Positions 41,746-56,151 of a stretch of DNA of 64,000 nt are shown here, in pieces. Under the pieces are notes generated by a model. That model ran no database searches, was not told where the DNA came from, and saw only the letters and a program-made list of their open reading frames with translations. Position 1 is the stretch's first letter. Each line of letters begins with the position of its first letter. Location of the stretch: assembly GCA_964016885.1 (NCBI GenBank), contig OZ024750.1:49166001-49230000 (forward strand), written 5' to 3'. The stretch is from Eledone cirrhosa. Its lineage: Eukaryota. Position numbers and translations under genes: made by a program.

Positions 41746-42551
41746 CGTGGTTTTAGTGAGAGAACGAAGAGTAGCACTGACAAGCTATCAGTGTATGTAT
41801 GTATGCACGTATGTATGTATGTGTGTATGTATGTATGTATATACATGTATGTATGTATGTATGTATGTATGTATGTATGTATGTATGTATGTATGTGGGA
41901 GAGATGATCCCTTAGCCTCTGTTAAGGCAGAATTCTAGGAGAAGGAAATCTCTGATATAACACCTGCAACCCTGATGATATCCAATGATGTTGACTTGTT
42001 CTTCTTTTTGGTAAATATCATCTTGGTTAAGAGAGTGGGACTTGCTTTGTGCAGTGCCTTTGCTCACTATAAAAGCTTCGCGGCACAGGCATTGCTTTAT
42101 ATATAGAGATCTCACTGCACTTGTCGTCACATGGTACCATGGGCACAGCACTATGTGTCAATAATTGTCACAAGTGTACTGTTTGTACCAGAGTTTTCAA
42201 GTCGCTGGCTGGACTAAAAAGTCACACTCGTTCAGCTCATCGGTAGGGGTTCTCCTACATGGATATAAAGTAGTGGCCGTACTGGAAAACGAGTTGGCAG
42301 CCACAATGTATGTAAATAAGTATGTTCTGTTTATCCTCCGAATTTATTAAACATCAACTATGTATGTAACTGCGGGTGTATATATTTGCAAGTGTGGATA
42401 TCATTGATTAAGTGGATTTATATGTAATTTTAAGTAATGTATTTGACTGTTTGTGTAAGTATGAAACTATGTATATGTGCACGTATGTACGTACGTATGT
42501 GTGTATGCATCGGTATGTATGTGAATACATATATATATATATATATATATA

Positions 42552-43228
42552 TAAGACAGTGATTGAAATATAGTCATACACAGTTAAGTGTACACTAAGA
42601 CATATCAAAACATAGACCTAGAGACAATTTAAACTGAAAGTAAGACTACATAATTCGTTGAGTATCTTATTAAATCTAATAAAAAATTAAAACAAAATGT
42701 CTGACAACGATCAAATAAATTTCCATCATATGTATTCTCCACAAAATCAGAATACTTTTAACCAAATAACGGCGAAATTAGATATTTGAAACGGATCATC
42801 AGTGTGAGAATTTCAAAACCATCTAATCTCAGTCAATACATGAACTTTAGCACTCGCAACGCTATGGGGTATTATCGTTCGCTAGAAATAGGAGTCCAAC
42901 CTCTCGACAAAAACAGTTCACCACACAAGGAGCAGATATATTATTATTATTACTTTCAAAGTAAAGGGTGTCATGAATGATACAAAATCAAACATATGTC
43001 TTCTCAGCTCAAAATAGAATACAGATAATAAAATCGACCCTTAATCATGTTCTATGTTTGATATGTCTTAGTGTACACTTATCTGTGTATGAATATATTC
43101 CAATCACTTTCTTATAATGATTAAGGCTCGATTTTATTCTCTGAATTCTATATTGAGCTGTTTTTAGAGACAAGACATGCTTGATGTATTATTCACGGCG
43201 CCCTTTATTTTGAAAGTAATAATAATAA
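42552..43228. mobile_element. Nested inverted-repeat element
   Basis: 42552-42616 is the inverse of 43050-43115, and 42940-43048 is the inverse of 43117-43228; degenerate HHR-like motif on the minus strand at 42725-42816. Confidence 0.55.
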
Positions 43229-43411
43229 TTGTTTCTACTTTTGACACAAGGCCAGCAAATACCCAGTATATTACTGGTACTTTATTTTATCGACCCCGTA
43301 AGGATGAAATGCAATTTTGACCTCGGCGGGATTTGAACTCAGAATGGAAAGGGCCATAACTATATGCGTCAAAGCATGACGTCCGACACTCTACCGTTAC
43401 TGCCAATCCAC
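43226..43411 (-). mobile_element. SINE (family 1)
   Basis: A and B boxes plus core on the minus strand. Confidence 0.88.
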
Positions 43412-44699
43412 GATGTAAAGTGGTGTGTGTGTGTATATATGCATGTATATATGTATGTATGCACATTCTTAATGAATATGCTTTTATTGATATCCTTTTG
43501 AGAAAGAAAAATGTAAATTGTTACATAAACTGGAATTATATATTGCCCATTTTCTCATCAATCTAATTGATTTTCTTGTAATTACATGACAAGATGCTTT
43601 TAATTCCAGCTATCCTATTGAACTACACTTGTGTATATGAAATAACAAACATTTTCATAACATCAATATAATGAATCTGGAATATCCTCATCCATCTACC
43701 TATGTGTTATTCTGACATGACCCTGCGTCCAATATATTATTAAACTGAATATCATATATCATATATTAATAAATTAATTCACATGTGATCAGTTGAGAAT
43801 ATGAAAGAATTACTAATAAATTGCTTTGATATTAATATAAATTGTATTATAATTTCTATGGTTGGTAGCAAGAAATTTAAGATGCCAAATAAGTCGATAA
43901 AGAATATCAGCGACTGAAACTACTTAGAAAATTCTACAATGCCTGCCTGACTGCTATAGGCTGGGAAGTTTGCGCCAAATGTTACCTCGAAATATTACAT
44001 TAAATGATATTTGCATTTTCATTGAAAAACGCGCCTGCACATACAAATATATGTAGTCTCGATATGTGCTAATACGTGTGAAATGATAGCATCATCGATT
44101 ACAACGTCCCAGTTTTAGATGAGGCTAGGTCTTTGACAAAAGTAAAAGGCTTTCAAATATTTTTCCGAATATCATTTTCAAATATTATTCAGATATTATT
44201 TTTCAAATATTATTCAATATTGAATACGTACATTTATAAATATATTGCTATGTAGGAACGTCAATACAAACATATATAGTTGATTAATAGACCTTTATAG
44301 ACATAATTAATTACTTCTTTATTGGCCAATTAATAACATCATATTCATCCGTTTCTCTATCTATCGACACACATACATATATACACACACAGACATAAGT
44401 ACATTCATAAATACATGATGGCTACAAACTCGGGTTCGAGCATTGCCATCGCATGATAAGCTGCTCAACAATGTGAGGTACGAATATGGCTCTCTAAAGC
44501 AGCGAAAGACTTGCACCCTCTGTCACATATATGCCAAATGTAGGCTCCTCCGGGACTTTCCATTGATTTTTCTCGTTGTGTGATCTTATGTGTATTTTAC
44601 GACCTCCCATGCTACCACATTCCTTGCCACATTCCTTTCACTTTTCCGATCATAATCTACATGAGGTCTACTGATATGACTTTGTTCCTGTCTAGTCGA

Positions 44700-45115
44700 A
44701 CTAGCTTTGTTCCGACAGACTCGACCATACTGCTAGCAAAGCAGATGATGTTCAACAGCAGGCAGTTCAGAACAGTCCCTTTCCTCACCTTCCTTTTCAG
44801 TGTGAGGTGTTCTCTCCAACGAGTTTCAAGGTGTTTACTACCTCACTTGATGAAACGTCTCCACTTCACACGTTCCTCAGCCATTTTCTCCAATTCCTCA
44901 AATGAAATTCCAACACAAGCCAAGGTGCCCTTGATACAGTCCCGGTACCACATTTTAGGTTTGTGTGGTGATCGCCTTCCATCACACAGTTCTCCGTAGA
45001 GTTGTTTTGGAATGCGATCATCAGACATCTGCACCACGAGTCCACACCACCTCAGCCGGTGCCGAAAGATCATACTCTCTCTAATCACGCACCTGCTCCG
45101 ATCGAGAACTTCCAA
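44700..45115 (-). pseudogene. RTE-clade LINE 3' coding fragment
   Basis: RLRWCGLVVQMSDDRIPKQLYGELCDGRR..KPKMWYRDCIK..WRRFIK matches the RTE C-terminal pattern. Confidence 0.85.
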
Positions 45116-46295
45116 TAAATCCATACATATATATATACATACATACATGATGACGGCTTCAACTAGATTTCGCGTCATCCCATCGATTAATAACTAAGCA
45201 TAAGCATCTCGGACGTTTATTGTGAGCCCTGCTAGGAACTTGCGTATGGCCAGAAATACCAACGTCATTTGATGCAAACAGAGTGGCAGGTTTGAAGTTA
45301 GAGTGACCTTCTCCTAGGCAGATGCCTTAATAAAGACTAGGGGTGTCTCACACCACAAAAAAAAAAAATGATTTATTTCGATGGCGTTTGACAATCCTGA
45401 GTTAATCCGTCTTTTGACCCGTTTGTTTTTCATCCCGCAAGGTATCCCAAATCAAACTCGTCACCAAAGCAAGGGTGTTGGGTTTGATGGTTTCGTTGCA
45501 AACGACGCGACTAATCACAGGTTGTACTGGGTTATATGTCACTAGAGCAACATTATATGAATACATACATACAAACATACAAGTGCGTGTGTCTATTTTG
45601 GACCTTCGTCGATTCAGAGGACCAGATTTTATCATTCTATACCTGAAATGTGTTCATGTGAACACTTTGTTTGTTATATATATGTATATATATATATAAT
45701 GTCAGAAGCCTATTGGGTCTTGTGATCGACTAAGACAAGTCGTACCTGTTAGGTTTATCCATTATTCATTAATCAGATTTTCGGGGGCTTTTTTGTTTAT
45801 GTTATTTCCCAGGCCATCAGACCCCATTTTTGGCTAGATGACAGTGTGGCCATTTTTACTTTGTATGCTGTGTTAGTCGTTATAGTATGTGCCATTTTAG
45901 ACTTAATAGAACATTTTTACGTTGAAAGTAATTTCAGTGAACAAAGTTTTTCTTAAGTATCAGGAAAACATAGTGAATATTGTAATGCAGTTTCGAAGAC
46001 AAAAGATGAAATTTGACGAAACTTTACACGGAATTATCGAGAAACTTTGCTGAAATTGTTCGCTGTCCGTGTATTACTCCTATCTTCAATATAATCTAAA
46101 CTACGCAGGATGCTTACACAAGCATATATGTTAACAGCTTTAAAATTTCATTTTCCGTAAAGTTATATAGAAAGTTATACATCATCCTCTACCACTGAAT
46201 ATTCAACCTGGTAATATTCATCGATTTGAAAAGATATAGATTCCATTATTCTATCGTCAATATGTTTTGCTTGCTTGAAAGGCCTCGCTATAACT

Positions 46296-46389
<94 letters not shown>

Positions 46390-47589
46390 GTGTGTGTGTA
46401 TGGGTGTGTGTGTGTGTATGTGCGTGTGTGTGTGTATGTGTATTTAATTTCATTATGAGTCCTGAACTTCTGAATCGTAATGGCTTTTAATGTCATATAT
46501 CTTGTTATTCAGACATTTTACACCTGGCGGAGACAATCCCTCAACAGATGTGAAAGCAGCCATATTCGTGCAGTGAGACAGAGAGTGAGAGTGAGAAATA
46601 AAACTGGCTTCGTAAACATATGGCCCAGGGCCATTGTTCTTTGTTGTCTAATTTCGGGTCAATCAAAGTCTAATGAGTGAAATTAGTAGCCTAGTAAATG
46701 GATTGTACCTATAATTCCAATGTCAAACCTATTTATATATTTCGTCAGGATGGTTCAGCTGCAGAATTAGATTAAAGGTACACATCTCTGTCAAATAATA
46801 AACTATTTACATTTTACTTTCACGCTCAAGTTATTTCATTGACTGGGAAGATGTGACGCTCATCGTTGAAACCGACGGAGGACTATATCATGCTGCACAT
46901 TACAAGGCTTTGTAAAGAAATGTTTTCGTAATTCCATCGACAGCGTAGAAAAATACATTTGCATGTACAACAGATCACGATTTACTTAATACAGTTCATT
47001 ATGTAAATATATATATATCTTGTTTATGTATAAAACATCGCATGAGTTAATTTCTGCTATCGCGTTATTTAAATTGCATGGCTGGTCGTAGGGAGAAATA
47101 TTTACGTATTAACATTTATAATATCAATCTAAACTCATTCCATTCACTCCTATAGATATAAACTAAATATCACTGAGATTCTACTGTACATGTTTTGAAT
47201 TTGCTTCTGGCAATGCAAATACGATTTTTCATTCCAAAACTGAATGTAAAATGACCCTTGCCCTTTACTTGACGATTCAGAGTTTCTGATTCCTGCTTCT
47301 AACTAATATGATGATCTTTGCTTCTTTTATGTTTTAATCTCTTGGCTCTTTTCAAAAGATACACAAACATTTTACGTCCAAAGATGAAAACATTACTGTA
47401 TTTCTATGACAGCTGGTGGAATGATTGATAATGACAACCACACTATTGACAGTTTTCCCCGACAATGTAGTGGTTTCATCTCATCTCTCGACTTCATTAT
47501 ATTAACGATAAATATGTGTATATATATATATATGTGTGTGCGTGGGTGTGTCATGTGTGTGTGCGTAAATGTGTACGCGTGTATGTGTA

Positions 47590-47644
<55 letters not shown>

Positions 47645-47709
47645 ATATATATATACAAATATATATTCATATATATACATGTGCTCACACAAACGCACAC
47701 ACTCACACG

Positions 47710-47741
<32 letters not shown>

Positions 47742-48129
47742 GATATAAATATCAACATTGGTACGTACATGTATATAAGCTATAATGAGAAAATATCCAA
47801 TGACCTCGCCTGTTAAACACACACGTATTCAGTAATGTTCTCCACAGAATTCACAATCTGGTTTGACCTATTTCCATTCACCTTAGTCCATTAGTAGGAT
47901 CGTACTTGCCAGTTACATGTCTGCACTGAACGTTACCAACTCACTAATATGTCTGCATAGAACCACATTCACTCCAATATTACGTACGTGCTATAAATGT
48001 TATGAGCTATGAAGTTATATCGGTGCGAAGAACAGCATGTATGCATGCATACAATATATATATGTGTGTGGGAGGGGGGCGTGTGTGTTGGTGTGTGTGT
48101 GTGTGCGTGTATGTATGTATACATATATG

Positions 48130-48219
<90 letters not shown>

Positions 48220-50099
48220 GTAGTTCATGAGTTCGCTTCGCAGCCATGCGATTCTGGCTTTATTCATGTTGTGTGGAAGCTTGGGCTTGTCTTTTTCTAT
48301 TCTCTATTATAAGCTTCATGTTGACGCATGCGATGCGGATGGAATTTGGTAAAGGTATTGTTTGAGGGAGGGATAAACATAGTAAGACGTAAGGGAGGAA
48401 GGAAAGGAATGAAAGAGGTAGGAGGGTTAGAGAAGAGAACGAGAAGCATATTGCACTACTTAAGTTTTTAGGGCAGTGATATGTAAAATGGTATGATTTA
48501 AATATAATTCATAAATAACATCAACCGTTTCTTTGTAGTACACTCACGAATTAAAATATTCCTAGACTACCCGTCATAAAATATTGATATTCTTATATAA
48601 AAGTTTCTCCACTTCAATTCCTCGCTTCGTTACTTTACGAACAAGCTGTTTCAGACATTTGCATTATGCAAAAGTTTACGACAGATATAGATGAAGTAAA
48701 CAGGAAAATTTAAATAATTACCTTAAACAGAATCTTAAATATCACCAATAATTTTCGTCCATAAAATATATATTCTTTTCAATAAAATATCTTCTCTTTA
48801 CCTTTATGAAATATCAGCTGTGCATCGTTTTATTGTAAGCACATGGTTCCTTCAATGAGAATATGCGTATGCTAGCTATTATACAAAGTAGAAGCACATT
48901 AATATTCTTAATAGCAGCTGGAGTTTTATTACTGACATTTTAAGAACAATTCTGATTGTGACTGGCATTTATTCTTACTCTAAAGGATATTTTCTATCTG
49001 TCAGACATCTTTCTTAGTAAGTCAACAAGAAAAGGAAAACAATAACGAAATCAAGGAAATATATATTTTGGGATATATTAATGAACGTATTCGAAGGTTC
49101 GTATACTTATACAGATATTCATGGATTTACTTTACTATTTTTTAGCCCGAAAAACATTTAAACACTAAATAATATTTATATATTTCCAACTCCTAAGCTA
49201 CGACCCGATAATATTATTCAGTAACAGTTTTTCTTAAATTTATTATAGATCTTTGTTGTTGGTGGGTTTATTTTTATTTTGTATTTTTTTTTTGTATTTT
49301 TCGCTTTTGTGTGATCATTAGGTTATAATTTATACTACTTGAATTAGGTTTTATGAATGGGTGGCCTGATATATGTGAATGGGAAAAGAAAATAATAAAC
49401 CCACAAACATTCGATACATTGATGGTATATATTTAAGGTAAGATACAATCTTTAATATAAGTTTTAAGATAATCGGTACGGTGCCAAAATTTGATAATCA
49501 TATGGTTAATTTACTGAAAACAGAAGGAAAATTACTTTCGCTGATAATATGTTTTGCCTAAAAATACAACCCAAACCCTGAAGACTGAATGTGTTTCAAT
49601 GTCAATCTTTATTTGCCTTGTGTATGCTTCCTTCGAGTAACTAAGCAAAATGGTCTGTTGTAGAAATAATTCAAGCATTTCCAGTGGCTCTCTGATACGT
49701 AATTGCTGTAGTATGGCAGTATCTTATTTTACATTTTGGTAGCTAAATATTCTGCAAACCTTACCGAGCTGAGTAAGTGCTAAAGAACAGCAACTAGCAT
49801 GATATGAATATATTTACTGTTCTTGAACTTATGCATCGACCATAGACGTATTCGGTGCTACATAAACAAATTGCACATAGTTTTATATACGCAGACGAAG
49901 TCACAGCAGATTTAGATGTAGTTAACTCTGATGTATATATATATATTACTGAGAGGAGAGATATACCTACAGGATAAGTGGGAAAGGATGGACTATTATG
50001 TGATGAGAACCAGGTATGCGACTACTATTGCATCCAGATTCTGAACAAAGTGAGTACGTGAAAGTGCAGTGAAGTCTGTTCGACTTAGCAGTTACCGCT

Positions 50100-51250
50100 T
50101 CAGCTGCTAAAGGATGCGTGGAGAGTGGTTAGGTGTGGCACTGCGTTGCAGTAGGACCCCTGCTTCAATCAGGAGATTAATGATACTATCGAAGCAAAGA
50201 TGAGCAAATAAGTTATTCAGGCAGACCACCCAACGACTACGCCTTAATAAGCCCCCCCCCCCCCTGCCCTCTTGTCAAAAGGAATTCGCGATATGGAAAA
50301 CTATTTTGTTTATCTTCCAATCCCGGTTACAACAACGTGTGATGGAAATAAGGGGCTTCTAGTAGCAAAGACTGACATCTTTTAATATTGGATCACCACA
50401 GCAATTAATGCACTTACAGGTAGTATGTCGCCTGGAGAGGATGGATTTAGACTTGAGATGTTAACCACCTAAATGGAGAAGGTATGCTCTGGTTTACTTC
50501 TGTGTGACGCGTGTACTGGATCTTTGGAACGGCAAGAAAGCACAGACAATGGGGAATAATACTCCCAATTTTCCAAAAGGATAACACGATGGATTGCACT
50601 AATTATAAAAAAATATCATCCTTCAGCTTCCCAGATAAAGTCTATGTAGGTGTCTCACAAAGAAATGTAGTTATATTGTCAAATCCAAATTAGTAAACGA
50701 AAGGTGGGGAGTTTGCACCTGGTGTAACTCAGCCGACAAAATATCCACTCCTATCTCCGAGAAATTATGGAGACACTGCGAAGAGGTGTATGTTTTCTTC
50801 GTGGACCAAGATGAGGCATGCGATCACTTGCCACAGAAATGGTTATGGAAGATTCTGCAGGACTAGGAAACTGATGGACAGCCTCTTATTTTCGTGAAAC
50901 CACTGTATGTATGCGTTAGTGATTCATTTAGAATTAGTATTCAATATTGGTATCGGGATTTATCAAGAGTGCATATTATCACCTGTCCCATTTATTATAA
51001 ATTGGACTGAGGGAGTAGCCTAGATAGAATTTCTATCAGTGCCAGTGGGTGTAAGATGAGTCGGTTGATATTTGCAAACGACATGGTGCTACTTAACCCT
51101 TCGCGAGGTGTTCCTTGTTTTCCAATGGATAGGTCTCCTCTCGAGTGCTGCAAGACAGGAATCAAAACCAATCAAGTGAAAATGGAAGCAGTTAAGGAAA
51201 TTCAATTTGCGTGTGTGGTTTACCTCGATATTCCTTGGTAATATAACTTT
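50100..51250 (+). pseudogene. Ancient degraded LINE reverse transcriptase (RTE-like)
   Basis: PIFQKD..DCTNYKKISSFSFPDKVY, FVDQDEACDHLPQKWLW, GIYQECILSP and LIFANDMVLL are decayed RT motifs. Confidence 0.75.
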
Positions 51251-51502
51251 TTAGACGAGTAAATTTGAGGGAAAGATAATGTTGATTAAAGCAGACTCAG
51301 TCCCTGCCTAGTATTTCGTATTATCTATCTGCAATGATGAAGTGCACGGTAGTTATCAGGGGAATTTGAACTCGGCATGTGTAGAGACAGGATGAACGAC
51401 ATTATGGTATCCGAACCTCTAGAATTACTGCTAATCCACCAGGATTATATTCTTTGGAAATATTAAGAGCAAATCAGAGCTCTTCTATGTTAACTATCCA
51501 CC

Positions 51503-51618
51503 TAGAGATACATGAATACATATATACATATATGCATATATATTTACACATGCACACATACACATATATACACACACATAAACACCCCCTCCCATACACA
51601 CACACACACACATATATG

Positions 51619-51691
<73 letters not shown>

Positions 51692-52148
51692 GCATTACAT
51701 ATATAAATATATACATATATTATTGATATTATGCGAAATATCACTAAATATACATTCTGTAAAGATGTATATTTCTTATAAATATGTTGTTATCGATGAA
51801 TTGATCGCTCCACCTCAACAACATACCACATTTGTTTCCTTTGGAAGATCTCAGAAATATATTTTCATACTTATATTAATTGTGTACACGTATGAACATC
51901 TTTACAGAATATATATTTAGTGATATTTCACATAATATCAATAATATATATATATATATTTATATGTGTAATGCGTTGAATATGAATCTAGTTCCCTCTC
52001 GCTCGCTCTCTCTCTCTCTCTATCTATATATATAAGTGTGTGTGGGGGGGGGGTATGTGTGTGTGTTTATGTGTGTGTATGTATGTGTGTGCGTGTGCCT
52101 GTGTAAATATATATGCATATATGTATATATGTATTCATGTATGTATAT
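51503..52148. repeat. Inverted duplication that includes microsatellites
   Basis: 51503-51767 is the inverse of 51896-52148, with a ~130-bp spacer. Confidence 0.8.
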
Positions 52149-52987
52149 AGACCCAGTAGTAATAAATGCATCAAACATCTCGTAAAATGACATCGCGCAG
52201 GAAATGAAATCATCAGTTTAAACCAATCAAGCTAACAAAAATGTTTAGCGGAATCAACTATTTCCTATATCACATCAGAAGATTAATTTTCCTGCACGTC
52301 ATATGGCATAGCTTGCTAAAGAAATAAATACATTGCTGATGTTTGATAATAAAAGATTAAAGAAAGGGCACTTATATAGATGTGAAATTAGGAAATTCCT
52401 AAATCAATGCCTAGATCGATTTTAAGGCGCGGAACTTTAGCAATGTCTTTCATCGTTGGCCGCCTCCGGTTTGTATATAGGTCATAAATGTAATTCGTTA
52501 GTGGAACACTGTTTACAAACACGTCATATATGCACTCACACACATACACAAACAGATGTATGCATAAGTGCAGTGTTAAATGATAATGAAATACAGAGAA
52601 TATACACAGGTTGGGGGGAAATGAAACTAACATACATGAATGAATGTATGAAGTTAATGTGCATGAATGGTAACGGTGAAGCGTGGATGATCTGAGAGAA
52701 AAACCGATTATAAGAAGAATAAAATGTAGTATCTACAAGAGAAGACAACACTTGTATGGTCATGTGATAGGCATTGAGAATTATCACTGTTTGACGATGC
52801 GCTTTCAATTCTGCCGGAAGTAAGACATAGAAGTGTAAGGTGAAGGAAATTATAGCAAGGCTTTGTCAAAACACAATATATCCCAGAGGATAAGATAACG
52901 GAAGTTAGCATATGAGGGAATGGAAAAAAAAACAATATACAAGTGATGATTATGAGGATGACGCAAAGCACACACACACACATATAC

Positions 52988-53018
<31 letters not shown>

Positions 53019-53062
53019 GATACACACATATATATATATATGTATATATGTATATATATATA

Positions 53063-53892
53063 TATCAATTGAGATAGCATAGTAAAGGAATCGCATATAA
53101 TCCTGTAATTAAATGAGCTTACGGAAACGAGTTTTCTTGGGCACTTTAAAATACAATACATAGAGGGGGGTGGAAAACACAGAAGAGTGTGTTTTCCTTT
53201 ACAGAAATGTCAAACCACCAGCGCGAAGAGAATATAAGCTAATAGAGGAATAGGGAAAACATTAAAATTAAAAGTATAAATTGAAATGAGAAACCAACCT
53301 CATACCTAAATCACACATGCACAAACTCACCAGGAGATTGTTTCGCCATTTAGTGTGGGTTCCAATTCGGCCCAGTGAGTCATCAGCATGTGGAGAGCTC
53401 GATATTGTCAGCACCACTAGAGAGAGAACTATAGTAAACCACCTGTCGCACGTGTAAATATGAGGAAAATATGCGCGAGGCAATGACCGGTGGTATGAAC
53501 AGACCAACTTGTTTGAGATGGCAGCCTATACAGTGCAATTGATGGAGCTCGACAGCAGAGAGAATGTAAGGGGCAAATATCAATTAAGGTAACGTAGTAA
53601 AAGACTCACGTATAATCCTGTAGTTAAATGACCTCAAAGGAAAGAGTTTTTCTGGGCACTTTAAAATACAATATATAGAGGGGGAAAAACACATGGTGTC
53701 ACAGTCTCCTGGTGAGTTTGTACATGTGTGATTTAGGTATGACGTTTGTTTCTCATTTTAATTCATACATTTTATTTTAATGTTTTTTGTCCTATGCCTC
53801 TATTAGCTTATATTCTCTTCACGCTGGTGGTTTGAAATTCCTGTAAAGGAAAACACACTCTCCTGTGTTTTTCCCCTCTATGTATTGTATTT
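53063..53892. mobile_element. Direct-plus-inverted repeat element between (TA)n tracts (PLE pLTR-like geometry)
   Basis: 53063-53180 repeats directly at 53578-53692; 53148-53338 is the inverse of 53705-53892. Confidence 0.65.
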
Positions 53893-54086
53893 ATATATAT
53901 TTATATATATATATGTGTGTGTGTGTAATACCAGCGCTTCAGTTCGTATCTAGATGTTGAGACGGACGGAGCTTCGCCTGGAGGTCCTTACTGAATTGTT
54001 TTCATATATATATATACACATATATAAATATATGTATATATATATATTTGAAAGAGTAAGACAAAGAATCCTTTAATACATCAAAA

Positions 54087-54147
54087 GTTTTTATTAGCCG
54101 AGAATGTTTCGTCCTATTAAGGACTCATCAGGGCAATCAATCAAAAC
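54087..54147 (-). ncRNA. Type I hammerhead ribozyme (inverted copy)
   Basis: GCC-CUGAUGA-GUCCU-UAAU-AGGAC-GAAA-CAUU-CUC-GGC. Confidence 0.7.
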
Positions 54148-54478
54148 AACAAGAAGTAATATCGGCACATACAAGCCGGAAGCTCCGAAGAATATGGAGT
54201 GTACATACACTAAAGTCTTGCAAAAGTATATAATAAAAACAAAAATAAAAATAATAAAAATATATAATAAGAATAACTAAGGATGTATATAACATTAAGA
54301 ACCATATTACAAATATAGTCCAAAGCAACTAACCTAAATCTAAACAAATGTGGTTATATAGAGCAGGAATTATATATAACACAATGTAATATAACATAAT
54401 ACATTATAATAATATACCTTTACCAACACTAAAATTACAATTAAAAATCAAAAGGTACAATATATACATGTATATATG

Positions 54479-54574
<96 letters not shown>

Positions 54575-55715
54575 ATAATACGCACATCTATGTTCAACTA
54601 CACAAATTAAGCCTTATTAGAAGTTTGAATATAAAAATAAAAATAAGCATGATAAGAGTGAAAATAATACCAATACATCTACCCAATATACATGAGGCAA
54701 TAATATGATATAATTACAAGAGACACATATAATAAATAATAAACAATAAAATTATATAATTCAATATGATATAATAGATAATCCCCGGTTAATTTACACA
54801 AACAATATAGATGTCACAATAAAAATATAATGATAATATGTTAACAATGTACTAACATTTACAATAAACAATATATACAAATCGATTCATACTGGGTTAC
54901 AGAGTAAATGAGGAAAAATAAATTATACAATACTCAAAAAACACTATGATGGTACAGAAAAAATTATATATTCTATTTTTATATTCTATTTACTATTCAC
55001 TGTCTGGCTTTACTTACACATCCACATATGTCTGTCTACTAACCTTGTAATTATAAGTATTTATATATATTATTTTATGTCAATTTATTTTATATAATAT
55101 ATTATATTATATTATATTGTATTGTAATATTGATCCTTATTACTTACTGTTCATTATATGTAACATTATGATAGTTAAACTTTATATATCATGTAAGATG
55201 TCTGTATTTTTGTAATATTGTAATATTGATCCTTATTACTTACTGTTCATTATATGTAACATTATGATATTTAGACTTTACATATCATGTAAAATGTCTG
55301 TATATTTTTTTCTGTACCATCATCATTTTTTTCTGTACCATCATAGTGTTTTTTGCGTATTGTATAATTTATTTTTCCTCATTTACTCTGTAACCCAGTA
55401 TGAATCGATTTGTATATATTGTTTATTGTAAATGTTAGTACATTGTTAACATATTATCATTATATTATTATTGTGACATCTATATTGTTTGTGTAAATTA
55501 ACCGGGGATTATCTATTATATTATATTGAATTATATAATTTTATTGTTTATTATTTATTATATGTGTCTCTTGTAATTATATCATGTTATTGCCTCATGT
55601 ATATTGGGTAGATGTATTGGTATTATTTTCACTCTTATCATGCTTATTTTTATTTTTATATTCAAACTTCTAATAAGGCTTAATTTGTGTAGTTGAACAT
55701 AGATGTGTGTATTAT

Positions 55716-55762
<47 letters not shown>

Positions 55763-56094
55763 ACATATATACATGTATATATTGTACCTTTTGATTTTTA
55801 ATTGTAATTTTAGTGTTGGTAAAGGTATATTATTATAATGTATTATGTTATATTACATTGTGTTATATATAATTCCTGCTCTATATAACCACATTTGTTT
55901 AGATTTAGGTTAGTTGCTTTGGACTATATTTGTAATATGGTTCTTAATGTTATATACATCCTTAGTTATTCTTATTATATATTTTTATTATTTTTATTTT
56001 TGTTTTTATTATATATTTTTGCAAGACTTTAGTGTATGTACACTCCATATTCTTCGGAGCTTCCGGCTTGTATGTGCCGATATTACTTCTTGTT

Positions 56095-56151
56095 GTTTTG
56101 ATTGCTCTGATGAGTCCTTAATAGGACGAAACATTGTCGGCTAATAAAAAC
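56095..56151 (+). ncRNA. Type I hammerhead ribozyme, canonical core
   Basis: GCU-CUGAUGA-GUCCU-UAAU-AGGAC-GAAA-CAUU-GUC-GGC; extended stem I GUUUUGAUUGCU / GGCUAAUAAAAAC; predicted cut after 56138. Confidence 0.85.
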
